From an uncultured Candidatus Saccharibacteria bacterium (lineage in GTDB: Bacteria > Patescibacteriota > Doudnabacteria > UBA920): DNA of 64,000 nt. The position numbers and the translations under genes are program-made. The DNA lies in NCBI GenBank assembly GCA_964474825.1, contig CAYYWQ010000001.1, forward strand, positions 357,609 through 421,608. The letters are read 5' to 3'. The notes beneath the pieces were generated by a model. The model was not told where the DNA came from. It saw only the letters and a program-made list of their open reading frames with translations, and did not search any database. This document shows positions 41,335-50,974 of the stretch, piece by piece (within the stretch, counting starts at the first letter, position 1; each line of letters starts with the position of its first letter).

Positions 41335-42255
41335 TTACTCTAAAGCAATCCTTCCCGCGGTAATTTCTGCTAACTCGGTCGTAATTTTACCTTGGCGGAG
41401 TTGGTTATAGGTTAAGGTTAGGTCGCTAATTAAATCACCTGCGGCTTCGGTGGCGTTTTTCATCATAACCATTCGGGCGCTGTGTTCGCTGGCGTTGCTT
41501 TCCAAAATAGTTTGGTAAATTTGGGATTCTAGTATCCTTGGCAAAAGTTGGTTTAAAACTTCTTTGGGGTCTGGTTCAAAAAGAAATGGGGAATCTATTG
41601 TTACTTCTTCGCCTTCGCTCTTCTCACCATCTTCAGACTCTTCTTCGTCCCTTGGTTCTTTATAAAAAGTATTTTCACTTTCCTTAAAAGGTAACAGTTG
41701 TTTAATGGTTGCGGTTTGGGTCAAGGTAGAAACAAAATGGTTATAAACAATTACAATTTTTTTATACTGGCCGGTGGCGTAAGCTTGTTTTACAAATTCC
41801 ACCAAGGGTAAAATATCCTGGGTAGTTAAAGTTTTTTCCAGCTTTGGGAAATCGGCAACAATATTTTTTTGCAGCCTCACTGCAATATTTTTTGCGTGCT
41901 TACCGTATGTAACAACTTCTGCAATGGTTTCAGCGCCACTTTCAGCATCTACCTGTTTTAACTTAGGCACGAGGTTCGTATTCAAACTTCCTACTAATCC
42001 CCTGTTGCTGGAAAGTAAAATCACTCCCACTTTCTTGGCTTCGTTATAATTCGCTAAAAGAGAGCTGTTATAGTCAACACCCTTAACTAAGTCCGAAATT
42101 AATTCCCACGCCAAAGAAGAATAGGTGCGGCTGGCAAGCGTTGCCGCCTGAGCCTTGCGCATTTTAGCCGCGCTAACCATTTGCATAGCACGCGTAACCT
42201 TACGCATACCACCAATGGACTTTATTCTAGTTTTTAGTTCTTTAATTCCGGCCAT
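41335..42255 (-). CDS. atpG: ATP synthase F1 gamma
   Basis: RIKSI...KVTRAMQMVSAAK, SNRGL.G, SEHSARM..M.NAT, RQ.KITTEL.EI. Confidence 0.98.
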   Translation of the reverse strand: MAGIKELKTRIKSIGGMRKVTRAMQMVSAAKMRKAQAATLASRTYSSLAWELISDLVKGVDYNSSLLANYNEAKKVGVILLSSNRGLVGSLNTNLVPKLKQVDAESGAETIAEVVTYGKHAKNIAVRLQKNIVADFPKLEKTLTTQDILPLVEFVKQAYATGQYKKIVIVYNHFVSTLTQTATIKQLLPFKESENTFYKEPRDEEESEDGEKSEGEEVTIDSPFLFEPDPKEVLNQLLPRILESQIYQTILESNASEHSARMVMMKNATEAAGDLISDLTLTYNQLRQGKITTELAEITAGRIALE

Positions 42256-42256
42256 A

Positions 42257-42616
42257 TTATCTAAAAAAATAATCCTTAATTGTCATGAAAATCATAAACA
42301 AGGCATAAACAATAAACAGTATAAAAAATATCCTTGCTAAAGAAAATTGTTTTGGTTTAATATCCTGGGTTAAATTGTTTTGTAGTTTATCCTTTGCTTG
42401 GTTTTTTTGATTGATGAACGCAATAACTGCAATTATTGCTATTAAGCCCAAAACCCAAAATGGGGCAAAGATAATGCTTTTTGCAAACAAGCCATCTATC
42501 GCTGATGAGCATGGAGAGTCAAAACCGCATGGACCACCCAAACTTCCTCTATATAAAATGGCCAGGATTGGGATCAATAACCAAATAATCAATAAACCCC
42601 AAAATGTTTTTTTCAT
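42257..42616 (-). CDS. 3-TM hypothetical protein between atpA and atpG
   Basis: Three hydrophobic segments with a Cys pair in the first loop; ATG (MKKTFW) chosen over upstream TTG. Confidence 0.65.
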   Translation of the reverse strand: MKKTFWGLLIIWLLIPILAILYRGSLGGPCGFDSPCSSAIDGLFAKSIIFAPFWVLGLIAIIAVIAFINQKNQAKDKLQNNLTQDIKPKQFSLARIFFILFIVYALFMIFMTIKDYFFR

Positions 42617-42643
42617 AGTCGTTACTAACAATGACAAAAAATA

Positions 42644-44143
42644 TTATTTAACACTCTGTACAAACTGTTCAATAGCTTTTTTTAAATTAGCTTCTGTATC
42701 TTCGTTTAATTCTTTGCTATCCCGAATAGCCTTTAAAACATCTTTCGCGTTTACTTCCATATACTTATGGAATTTAGCTTCGGTCTCGGGCATTTTGTCT
42801 ACGGGAATTTCGTTAAAGTAGCCATTGTTAACCGCGTACATAATTGTAACCTGCTTTTCTAAAGAGTACGGCTGGTATTGCGGCTGTTTTAGAATTTCGC
42901 TCATTCTGCGGCCAAGGTCTAAGGTTGTTTTGGTGGCTTGGTCAAGGTCGCTACCAAATTGGGCAAAGGCTTCCATTTCACGGAATTGGGCTAATTGTAG
43001 TTTTAATTTGCCGGCAACCTTCTTCATAGCCTTTGTCTGGGCGGCGCTTCCTACACGGGAAACGGAAATACCAACATTCAACGCCGGGCGAACGCCTTTG
43101 TAGAATAAGTCAGATTCTAAAAAGATTTGTCCGTCTGTAATGGAAATAACGTTTGTAGGAATGTAAGCGGAAATATCTCCGGCTTGGGTTTCGATGATGG
43201 GGAGAGCAGTTAAAGACCCACCGCCAAAATCTTTGTTTAGTTTTGCGGCACGTTCTAATAATCTGCTGTGGAGATAGAACACATCACCAGGATACGCTTC
43301 ACGTCCCGGTGGTCTTCTTAAGAGCAAGGAAATTTCACGGTAAGCCACAGCTTGTTTAGAAAGATCGTCATAAACCACCAAAACATCTTTTCCTTGGTCC
43401 ATAAAATATTCACCCATAGCGCAACCGGAGTATGGAGCAATATAAGAAAGAGCGGCAGGCTCGGAAGCTGCGGCAGAAACCACAATTGTATATTCCATGG
43501 CGCCGTTTTTTTCCAGCTCAGTAACGATTCTGGCAACTTTGCTTTCCTTTTGGCCAATAGCAACATAAATACAGATCATGTTCTGACCTTTTTGGTTTAT
43601 TATGGTGTCTATTGCAATGGCGGTCTTACCTGTTTGGCGATCGCCGATAATTAACTCACGTTGCCCACGTCCAATTGGGATTAAAGCGTCAATGGCTTTA
43701 ATGCCGGTTTGAACCGGTTCTCTTACACCTTGCCTGGTAATAACTCCAGGCGCAATTTTTTCTACCGGGTAGAATTTGTCAGTTTTAACGTCGCCTTTGC
43801 CGTCTTTAGGAACACCCAAAGCATTTACCGTGCGGCCAATTAAAGCTTCGCCAACCGGCACAGAAAGAATTTTTCCGGTAAGTTTTACAGTGTCGCCTAC
43901 TTTGATAGTAGTGTAATCACCCAAAATAACGCTGCCGATGACGTTTTCCTCAAGGTTTAAAGCCACGCCCATAAGGCCCTTACCGAAGTCCAACATTTCC
44001 ATGCTGGCACATTCTTTAAGGCCGGAAACGCGCGCCACACCATCCCCTACTTCCAAAACAGTGCCAACTTTTTCTACTGTTGCTTTGGGCTGAAATTCTA
44101 ATATTTTTTCTTTAAGTTGTTCTACGATATTTGATTGGGCCAT
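42644..44143 (-). CDS. atpA: ATP synthase F1 alpha
   Basis: [44 protein letters not shown]. Confidence 0.99.
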   Translation of the reverse strand: MAQSNIVEQLKEKILEFQPKATVEKVGTVLEVGDGVARVSGLKECASMEMLDFGKGLMGVALNLEENVIGSVILGDYTTIKVGDTVKLTGKILSVPVGEALIGRTVNALGVPKDGKGDVKTDKFYPVEKIAPGVITRQGVREPVQTGIKAIDALIPIGRGQRELIIGDRQTGKTAIAIDTIINQKGQNMICIYVAIGQKESKVARIVTELEKNGAMEYTIVVSAAASEPAALSYIAPYSGCAMGEYFMDQGKDVLVVYDDLSKQAVAYREISLLLRRPPGREAYPGDVFYLHSRLLERAAKLNKDFGGGSLTALPIIETQAGDISAYIPTNVISITDGQIFLESDLFYKGVRPALNVGISVSRVGSAAQTKAMKKVAGKLKLQLAQFREMEAFAQFGSDLDQATKTTLDLGRRMSEILKQPQYQPYSLEKQVTIMYAVNNGYFNEIPVDKMPETEAKFHKYMEVNAKDVLKAIRDSKELNEDTEANLKKAIEQFVQSVK

Positions 44144-44164
44144 AAAATATTTGCGATTTAAGAT

Positions 44165-44428
44165 TTAGGATGTAATTTTTTCAATTTCGCTTGGTTCGTA
44201 GGGGAAAACAGTTGAAGTGGCTTTGTCTCTCCGTGGGGAATCTCCTGGAATCCGATAGGCTACATAAACTTTTCCATTCTCTATTTTTTCAACCAGTCCC
44301 GTAATACCAGTGGGCATGAATTCTCCATTTATTTTTGTTCCGGCAGTATTCCTTACTCTAACAGGCATACCAGGCTCAAACTCGGAGGTTGCTTCATGTT
44401 GTCCAGTTTCCGTGTCAGGATTAGTCAT
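44165..44428 (-). CDS. Hypothetical SH3/KOW-like protein between atpH and atpA
   Basis: FEPGMPVRV...G.VEKI.NGKVYV.Y...YEPSEIEKI beta-barrel-like pattern. Confidence 0.65.
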   Translation of the reverse strand: MTNPDTETGQHEATSEFEPGMPVRVRNTAGTKINGEFMPTGITGLVEKIENGKVYVAYRIPGDSPRRDKATSTVFPYEPSEIEKITS

Positions 44429-44430
44429 GT

Positions 44431-44823
44431 CTATGATTTTAATTCTTTATTTAAATTATTTAGCTGACCTTTTATACTTGCGTCTATTAGCGTATCATCT
44501 ACTCTTACAACTACTCCGCCTACAATTCTGTCGTCTACCTTTTTATGTATTTCCAGTTTTGAGCCGGCGAGTTTGTTGAGTTGTTCGATAATTCCCGAAT
44601 TCATTTCTACATCATGTGCTACGGTTACCTGTGCTTCCTTGATCCCTTTTGCTTCCCTCTCTACCCGTTTATATTCTAATTCTATCTCCTCGTATTTTCC
44701 TAAATCCCCGTTTCCCGCCAAAATCTTAACAAAGTTATCCATGACTTTGTCGTGGTCCTTTGGGGCCGTTTCTACTATAGAGTCGTAGAGCGCCTGGGCG
44801 TATTGTTGGGAAGTAAGTTTCAT
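44431..44823 (-). CDS. atpH: ATP synthase delta (short form)
   Basis: QYAQALY, C-terminal VD..IVGGVVVRVDDTLIDASIK; operon position. Confidence 0.93.
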   Translation of the reverse strand: MKLTSQQYAQALYDSIVETAPKDHDKVMDNFVKILAGNGDLGKYEEIELEYKRVEREAKGIKEAQVTVAHDVEMNSGIIEQLNKLAGSKLEIHKKVDDRIVGGVVVRVDDTLIDASIKGQLNNLNKELKS

Positions 44824-44902
44824 TTATTCTTTTTCTACTAAATACTAAATTAAACTAAAAATACTAAATCTAAGAATTTAAGCTCGAATATTTTTAGACA
44901 GC

Positions 44903-45514
44903 TTATTTAGCTTGTCCTAAAAACTCCTTGATTAACTCTTTGTCCTTCTTTTCATCTATCTTCTCCCGCAGTATCTTCTCAGTTGCGGTGGTTACAATGT
45001 CGGCTAGTTCAGATTTAGCGGCTTGCAAAGCTTTTTGCTTTTCCTGCTCAATTTGGCTTTTGGCCTGTTCAACAACTTTTGCCTGTTCTTCTTTAGCCTG
45101 AAGAAGAATTTGCTGTTTGCTTTGTGTGGCCTGGGTTTCGGCCTCAGCTACTAATGAAGCGGCTTGATTTCTGACTTTGGCCATTTCCGAGTCTCTCCAA
45201 ACTGAAAATTCCTGTTTTTCCTTTTCTATTCTTTCGGCATCGTTTAAAGACTTTTCTATTTTTTCAGTTCTTTCTGTAAGTTTTCGGGCAACTGGGGTAA
45301 GAACCCATTTCCACAAGACAAACAAAATAACGCCAAAGTTAATTAACTGGGCAATAAAAATTCTCCAGTCAATGCCTAAAGTTTCTAACACGCTTTTACT
45401 TTCCACGTGGGCCTCAGGCGCAGCCTGGGCTGCTAACTCCGCAGCATGGGGAGCCGCTTCGGTGGCTGCCTGCGCTGTGTGAATTAAAAATTGTGAAATT
45501 GTATGTAAGTCCAT
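44903..45514 (-). CDS. atpF: ATP synthase Fo subunit b
   Basis: LGIDW..FIAQLINF.V..FVL, ER..KI, long coiled coil. Confidence 0.95.
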   Translation of the reverse strand: MDLHTISQFLIHTAQAATEAAPHAAELAAQAAPEAHVESKSVLETLGIDWRIFIAQLINFGVILFVLWKWVLTPVARKLTERTEKIEKSLNDAERIEKEKQEFSVWRDSEMAKVRNQAASLVAEAETQATQSKQQILLQAKEEQAKVVEQAKSQIEQEKQKALQAAKSELADIVTTATEKILREKIDEKKDKELIKEFLGQAK

Positions 45515-45587
45515 ATTTTTCTGTGCCGATAAAGTTATTTAAGTTGTAAATAAGGGCTGGCGAAAAATCGCCAGACCAATCTAAAAC

Positions 45588-45821
<234 letters not shown>

Positions 45822-45871
45822 TCATTTTCAGTGGACGGTACCTGTCTTTTTTAGTTTAACGTCCCTTACTA

Positions 45872-45905
45872 ATGAACGATGAATTATGAATCAGGAACTA
45901 TGAAT
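45872..45905. repeat. 7-bp tandem array between atpB and atpE
   Basis: atgaacg atgaatt atgaatc aggaact atgaat. Confidence 0.65.
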
Positions 45906-45932
45906 AAATCACAATTCCTGCCAAATAATCCA

Positions 45933-46790
45933 TTAGACCGCGGCCTGATGCGCTTCCTGGTGTTTTTCTTCGTGTTCCCCGTGTGGTTCCTGCGCGGCCA
46001 TAGTTAAATATACCAAAGCTAACATGGAAAATACAACAGCCTGTACCGCGCCGACTAAAATTTCCAAACCCATAAAAGGCAATGGGGCCAGGTAAGCTAT
46101 TAAACCCGCAATAACTGTAAGTAATACCTCTCCGGCAAAAATGTTGCCAAAAAGCCTTAACGAAAGAGAAAGTATTTTTGCAAATTCAGAGACGGTTTCT
46201 AGAATTCCCACAAAAAATTCTACAAACGCGGTAAGGAATTTTATGGGGTTAAGGGATTTAATGCCGTTGAACAATTTGTCAACCATGACAAATTTGTTTA
46301 CGTATTTATAGAACCCAATAGCAAAAATTCCTAAAACGTGAGACGCCGCTACTGCAAATACGGCCATGGCAATGGTCATGTTTAAGTCGGTATTGGCCGG
46401 GCGAAAAAGCGGAATAAGCTGAACGTGACCTTCGTGTAGTTGATAAATACCAATGGAGCCTGTGCCAGGCAATAAACCCATCCAGTTGGAAATTAAAATA
46501 AAAAAGAACAGGGTGCCGACAATTGGCAGGAACCTTAAAGTCAATTTCCTGCTTTTGGTGACAGCATCCATCTGTGTTAAAAGAAAGTCTAAGATACCTT
46601 CAAAAAAATTCAAGAGTCCTTTGGGTGCCTTGTTGGTAGTGTAATATTTTTTTATGGCCGAGCGGATGAACAAAGCGAATACAACAAAAAATACCAACGC
46701 GAGCACCGCGTTAATTAAGGTGTTGGTTACCGGAAACCCGGAAATTTCAAACATTTTTTCAGCCGCCAGGGGCGGTAACATTGCTACCAT
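45933..46790 (-). CDS. atpB: ATP synthase Fo subunit a
   Basis: FILISNWMGLLPG, DLN, SLSLRLFGNIFAGE, QAVVF. Confidence 0.97.
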   Translation of the reverse strand: MVAMLPPLAAEKMFEISGFPVTNTLINAVLALVFFVVFALFIRSAIKKYYTTNKAPKGLLNFFEGILDFLLTQMDAVTKSRKLTLRFLPIVGTLFFFILISNWMGLLPGTGSIGIYQLHEGHVQLIPLFRPANTDLNMTIAMAVFAVAASHVLGIFAIGFYKYVNKFVMVDKLFNGIKSLNPIKFLTAFVEFFVGILETVSEFAKILSLSLRLFGNIFAGEVLLTVIAGLIAYLAPLPFMGLEILVGAVQAVVFSMLALVYLTMAAQEPHGEHEEKHQEAHQAAV

Positions 46791-47110
46791 TACTTTTTCA
46801 ATTTCCTCTCTACTTCCCTAATTTTTTTATAAATACTATAAAAACTTATAAAAACTGCCCCAAATAATCCTATTACAATGTACCAGTCACTATTATGTCT
46901 ATGGTAATTAGCCCACTCCGCCGCACTTTTAAGGCCAAAGAACCCCAAAATATTGCCTAGAAATAAAAATATAAGCAGGGGCGCAGCGGTAATTACTGCA
47001 AATTCCATAGCGAGTTCGGAAAATAAGACCCATTTAAAATCCTCAGGAGGCTTTTGGGGACCTTTGGTTGGTGGCTGGATATTTGGTTTATTTTCCTGCG
47101 TGTCTTCCAT
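46790..47110 (-). CDS. AtpZ/AtpI-like small membrane protein
   Basis: Two TM segments, first gene of the atp operon, stop overlaps the atpB start. Confidence 0.65.
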   Translation of the reverse strand: MEDTQENKPNIQPPTKGPQKPPEDFKWVLFSELAMEFAVITAAPLLIFLFLGNILGFFGLKSAAEWANYHRHNSDWYIVIGLFGAVFISFYSIYKKIREVERKLKK

Positions 47111-47215
47111 AATTACCCGCTCCTTAACTTAAATTTTTAAGGTCAGAAATGTTTGACTAATAAAAGCCGGTTTTTTCTTATAACGCTCTAAGTATGTGTA
47201 GAATAGGCCATTTTG

Positions 47216-49936
47216 TCAATACAGGCTCTTTTGGCCAGGCTTGACAAAATATGAGTTTTCCACTCCGAATTTGCGTTTGGTGGCCCATTTTGCAAATTCT
47301 AAAACCGGTATTACTGTAATTGAAAGCCCGCCAATTACAAGCCAATCTTTTACTGTTAAACCGTATGTTCCGAATAAGTTTTGCAAGAACGGAACATAAA
47401 GTATAAGTACTAACAAAAAGAGTTCCCACAAAACTGTAATATTAAGCCAGATATTGGAAAAAGTCCTGTGGAATACTGAGTGTTCTGAGGATCTGAAATT
47501 ATAAGCTTTGAAAAATTGTATAAGCACCAAAGAAACAAATGTCATGGCCATGGCTTGCTTAAGAGTATGTCCCGCGTTTGTTGACCAGGTAAACAAACTT
47601 AAATTTATTACAGTTGACCATAATCCACCTGCCACAATTAGGTATATTACTGGCTTTGTAAAAATGCCTGTTTTGCTTTTTCTGGGCTTGTGTTCCATTA
47701 GGTCGTCTTCCGCAGGGTCAACTGCCAAAGCCAAAGCTGGTAAGCCGTCGGTGGCTAAATTTACGTAGAGTATTTGTACCGCAGTAAGAGGGAGAGGTAA
47801 ACCCAAAAGCGAACTTCCAAGTATAAGGCCAATTTCGCCTAAGTTAGAAGAAAGCAAGTACATTAAATATTTTTTTATGTTGCCAAAAATTCCGCGCCCT
47901 TCTTCTACTGCAGCAACTATGGAAGCAAAGTTGTCGTCTGTTAGTGTCATGGCCGCCGCTTCTCGGGTTACGTCTGCGCCTGCAATCCCCATAGCTATCC
48001 CTATGTCGGCCTTTTTTAAAGCCGGGGCGTCGTTCACTCCGTCACCTGTCATCGCCACAACATGGCCTTTTTTTTGAAGAGCTCCAACTACTTTAAGTTT
48101 ATGTTCAGGCGAAACTCTGGCGTACACTTGTATATGTTCAACTCCCCTTTCAAATTCCTCCGGGCTCATGGTATCAAGCTCAGGCCCAGTAACCACGCGG
48201 CCGTCGGTAAGGAGTCCAAGCTCTTTTGCAATTGCTGTTGCAGTTATTGGATGATCCCCTGTTATCATGACTACCCTTATGCCAGCGCGCTTACAAGTAT
48301 CTATGGCAGTTTTTGCCTCCGGCCTGGGCGGGTCTATCATACCAACTAAGCCTAAAAAAACATGGTCAGCTTCCGATTGTTGTTTGGATGCGCCCGGTTT
48401 ATAGGAAATACCAATTACGCGTAAAGCGTTTTCCGCCATTTTTTGTGCCGTGGCCTGTATTGCATTGCGGGACTCTGCAGTTAGTGGTATCTCGCCTTTT
48501 GAGGTGAGTTCTTTGTGACAGGCGGCTAAAATTACTTCAAGCGCGCCCTTTGAATATGCGACATTCTCACCTTCAAGAGCGTGTAGCGTAGTCATGCGTT
48601 TGGTTTCAGAAGTAAAGGGTATTTCGTGAATCCTGGGAAACTTTTTGTCCAATTCTAATTTGTGAAGCCCAGCCTTAGCCGCGGCCGCAACTAGCGCGCC
48701 TTCCGTTGGGTCGCCCTTCATTTCCCATGTGCCTTTTGTTTCCCCTTGTGAAATATGGGCGTCAGAAGAAAGTATTCCCGCAAGTAATAATTTTTTTAGA
48801 TGCTCGGTTGGCTCAGTTTGGGCATTGTCTTTAAAAAATGCTCCATCCGGCCCATAGCCCGCACCGCTAACGTCTAAAATGTGGCCACCCACATAAATTT
48901 TTCTAACAGTCATTTCGTCTTTGGTGAGTGTTCCAGTTTTGTCGGAGCATATTACTGTGGTGCTGCCCAAGGTTTCCACTGCAGGTAAATGCCGAATGAG
49001 CGCGTGGCGTTTTACCATACGCTTTACACCAATGGCCAGTGAAATAGTTACCACAGCTGGTAAGGCCTCAGGAACAACAGCCACTGCTAAGGAAACTCCG
49101 AATACAAACATTTCTATAAATGGAAGGCCACGCATTATGCCAAGCGCAACAACAATTGCCACTAAAACTAAAGCCCCTTTGGCTAAAGTATGGCCGAGTT
49201 TGTCCAGGTTTTCCTGTAGCGGCGTACGCGCTGTTTTTACTGTTTGAAGCATGCGGGCAATTTTTCCAAATTCAGTATTCATAGCCGTAGTCACAACAAC
49301 TCCCGAGCCTCTTCCATATGTTACTGCAGTACCAGCAAACGCCAAATTAACCCTGTCGCCAACAGGCAGTTCCGCAGAGTTTAATTTCTCAATATTTTTT
49401 GTAACCGCAATAGACTCCCCTGTAAGAGGAGCTTCGTTTATTTGTAAGTTTACGGCCTCTGTGAGGCGGAGGTCAGCAGGGACTTTGTCTCCGGCCCTAA
49501 GAATAACCACGTCTCCAGGCACAAGCAGGTTGGCTGCAATTTTTACTTCTCGGCCATCCCTCAGTACAGCCGCAGCCGGCGCGGCCATTTTTTTTAATGC
49601 TTCCAACGCCTGTTCTGCTCTATATTCCTGAAAAAATCCGAGTAGGACAGCAAATAAAACTATTACGGTTATAACTGCTGCTTCCAGCCCATGTCCCAAG
49701 AATGAGGAAAGAATGGTCGCAATAAGCAGAATTATTATTAAAATATTTTTAAACTGCTCAGCAAATATTTGCCAAGCAGAAATTTTATGGGCGGCTAAAA
49801 GTTCATTTAATCCAAATTTTTCAATTCGTACTTCTGCCTCAGCCTGTTTTAAGCCTTCGGGTGAAGATCCTGCGTTCTGAAAAGTCTGTTCTACTGTTAG
49901 AGTGTGCCAAGATTTTGATGTTGGTGTTTTGTCCAT
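47216..49936 (-). CDS. P-type cation-transporting ATPase (type IIA, Ca2+-like)
   Basis: LTGES, VPEALP, DKTGTLT, GDPTE, KGA, MITGD, TGDGVNDAPAL. Confidence 0.95.
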   Translation of the reverse strand: MDKTPTSKSWHTLTVEQTFQNAGSSPEGLKQAEAEVRIEKFGLNELLAAHKISAWQIFAEQFKNILIIILLIATILSSFLGHGLEAAVITVIVLFAVLLGFFQEYRAEQALEALKKMAAPAAAVLRDGREVKIAANLLVPGDVVILRAGDKVPADLRLTEAVNLQINEAPLTGESIAVTKNIEKLNSAELPVGDRVNLAFAGTAVTYGRGSGVVVTTAMNTEFGKIARMLQTVKTARTPLQENLDKLGHTLAKGALVLVAIVVALGIMRGLPFIEMFVFGVSLAVAVVPEALPAVVTISLAIGVKRMVKRHALIRHLPAVETLGSTTVICSDKTGTLTKDEMTVRKIYVGGHILDVSGAGYGPDGAFFKDNAQTEPTEHLKKLLLAGILSSDAHISQGETKGTWEMKGDPTEGALVAAAAKAGLHKLELDKKFPRIHEIPFTSETKRMTTLHALEGENVAYSKGALEVILAACHKELTSKGEIPLTAESRNAIQATAQKMAENALRVIGISYKPGASKQQSEADHVFLGLVGMIDPPRPEAKTAIDTCKRAGIRVVMITGDHPITATAIAKELGLLTDGRVVTGPELDTMSPEEFERGVEHIQVYARVSPEHKLKVVGALQKKGHVVAMTGDGVNDAPALKKADIGIAMGIAGADVTREAAAMTLTDDNFASIVAAVEEGRGIFGNIKKYLMYLLSSNLGEIGLILGSSLLGLPLPLTAVQILYVNLATDGLPALALAVDPAEDDLMEHKPRKSKTGIFTKPVIYLIVAGGLWSTVINLSLFTWSTNAGHTLKQAMAMTFVSLVLIQFFKAYNFRSSEHSVFHRTFSNIWLNITVLWELFLLVLILYVPFLQNLFGTYGLTVKDWLVIGGLSITVIPVLEFAKWATKRKFGVENSYFVKPGQKSLY

Positions 49937-49980
49937 GTAATGTTTGAAACTTGAATATATTGTGGCGTAAGCCTGCCCTA

Positions 49981-49998
49981 GTCCGCCTAGGCGGACGA
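49981..49998. repeat. Palindrome, copy 1 (3' of tRNA-Thr)
   Basis: gtccgcctaggcggacga. Confidence 0.8.
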
Positions 49999-50002
49999 AG
50001 GC

Positions 50003-50078
50003 TGGAGCCGGCTGTCGGACTTGAACCGACCACCTGCGGTTTACGATACCGCTGCTCTACCAGATGAGCTAAGCCGGC
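50003..50078 (-). tRNA. tRNA-Thr(CGT)
   Basis: GCCGGCTTAGCTCA...GCGGT-ATCGTAA-ACCGC...GGTTCAAGTCC...CTCCA. Confidence 0.93.
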
Positions 50079-50905
50079 GTGATGATCCGCCTAGGCGGAC
50101 GACGTGTTTGCAGTTTTACTAATTTTAGATCCAATTTTTTGCCAAATAGTCTTTTGGCTACATCCGCAAACCCTTTTTTCTTATCTGTCACCAAAAATTT
50201 TTGCTGATGATTCTTTGAAAGACTTTTAGCAATTTCGGGATGCCGTTTTAGATAATCAGACAGCTTCCTGGGAATAATTTCATCCTGGCTTATTATGGTT
50301 ATACCCTTGGCCGCATTCCGAGCTTCTTTTTTTAAAATTTGATAATGCGTACAACCCAAAATGAGCGCTTCAATTCCCTGCTTTTGAAGCGTTCCTATGT
50401 ATGATTTTAAGGCTTTTTCCGCATTTTGTAAAGAATTCTGCTCAATTAAGGGCACTAGTTTTGGTGCGGCCAGTTCAATAATCTTGGCTTTAGGGTCAAT
50501 TTTAATTAACTCCTTTTTGTAAATATGGGATTTTATAGTCGCGGTTGTACCAATAACTCCAATGACTTTTCGCCTATGATTATTGTCAGCCGTTTCCAGA
50601 GTTGGTATAACAACGCCTAAAACCCTGCGGTTGGGAAAATGTTTTGGCAAATACTTTTGCTGAATTTTACGTAGCGCAAGCGCGGAAGATGTATTACACG
50701 CGACAATTACCAGAGCGCAATTTTGTTTAAACAAAAAATCCACTGCTTTTAGCGTGTAGTTATAAATTTGACTGCCGGACTTTTCACCGTAAGGCAAATT
50801 TTTCGTGTCCCCAAAATAGACAAAGTCGTATTTAGGTAACTTTTTAAAAATGGCTTTTGCTATAACCAAGCCTCCCAGCCCTGAGTCAAAAATTCCAATG
50901 CGCAT
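50069..50905 (-). CDS. murI: Glutamate racemase
   Basis: IGIFDSGLGG, PYG.K, VACNTSS, LGCTHY. Confidence 0.97.
   Translation of the reverse strand: MRIGIFDSGLGGLVIAKAIFKKLPKYDFVYFGDTKNLPYGEKSGSQIYNYTLKAVDFLFKQNCALVIVACNTSSALALRKIQQKYLPKHFPNRRVLGVVIPTLETADNNHRRKVIGVIGTTATIKSHIYKKELIKIDPKAKIIELAAPKLVPLIEQNSLQNAEKALKSYIGTLQKQGIEALILGCTHYQILKKEARNAAKGITIISQDEIIPRKLSDYLKRHPEIAKSLSKNHQQKFLVTDKKKGFADVAKRLFGKKLDLKLVKLQTRRPPRRIITPA
50086..50102. repeat. Palindrome, copy 2 (5' of tRNA-Thr, inside the murI 3' end)
   Basis: tccgcctaggcggacga. Confidence 0.8.
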
Positions 50906-50937
50906 ATGACAATTATAGTTTAAAACCCCACAAATTT

Positions 50938-50965
50938 AAAGAGCCCACTTTTTAGCGGGCTCTTT
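50938..50965 (-). terminator. Intrinsic terminator
   Basis: aaagagccc...gggctcttt. Confidence 0.7.
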
Positions 50966-50974
50966 GTAAAAAAA

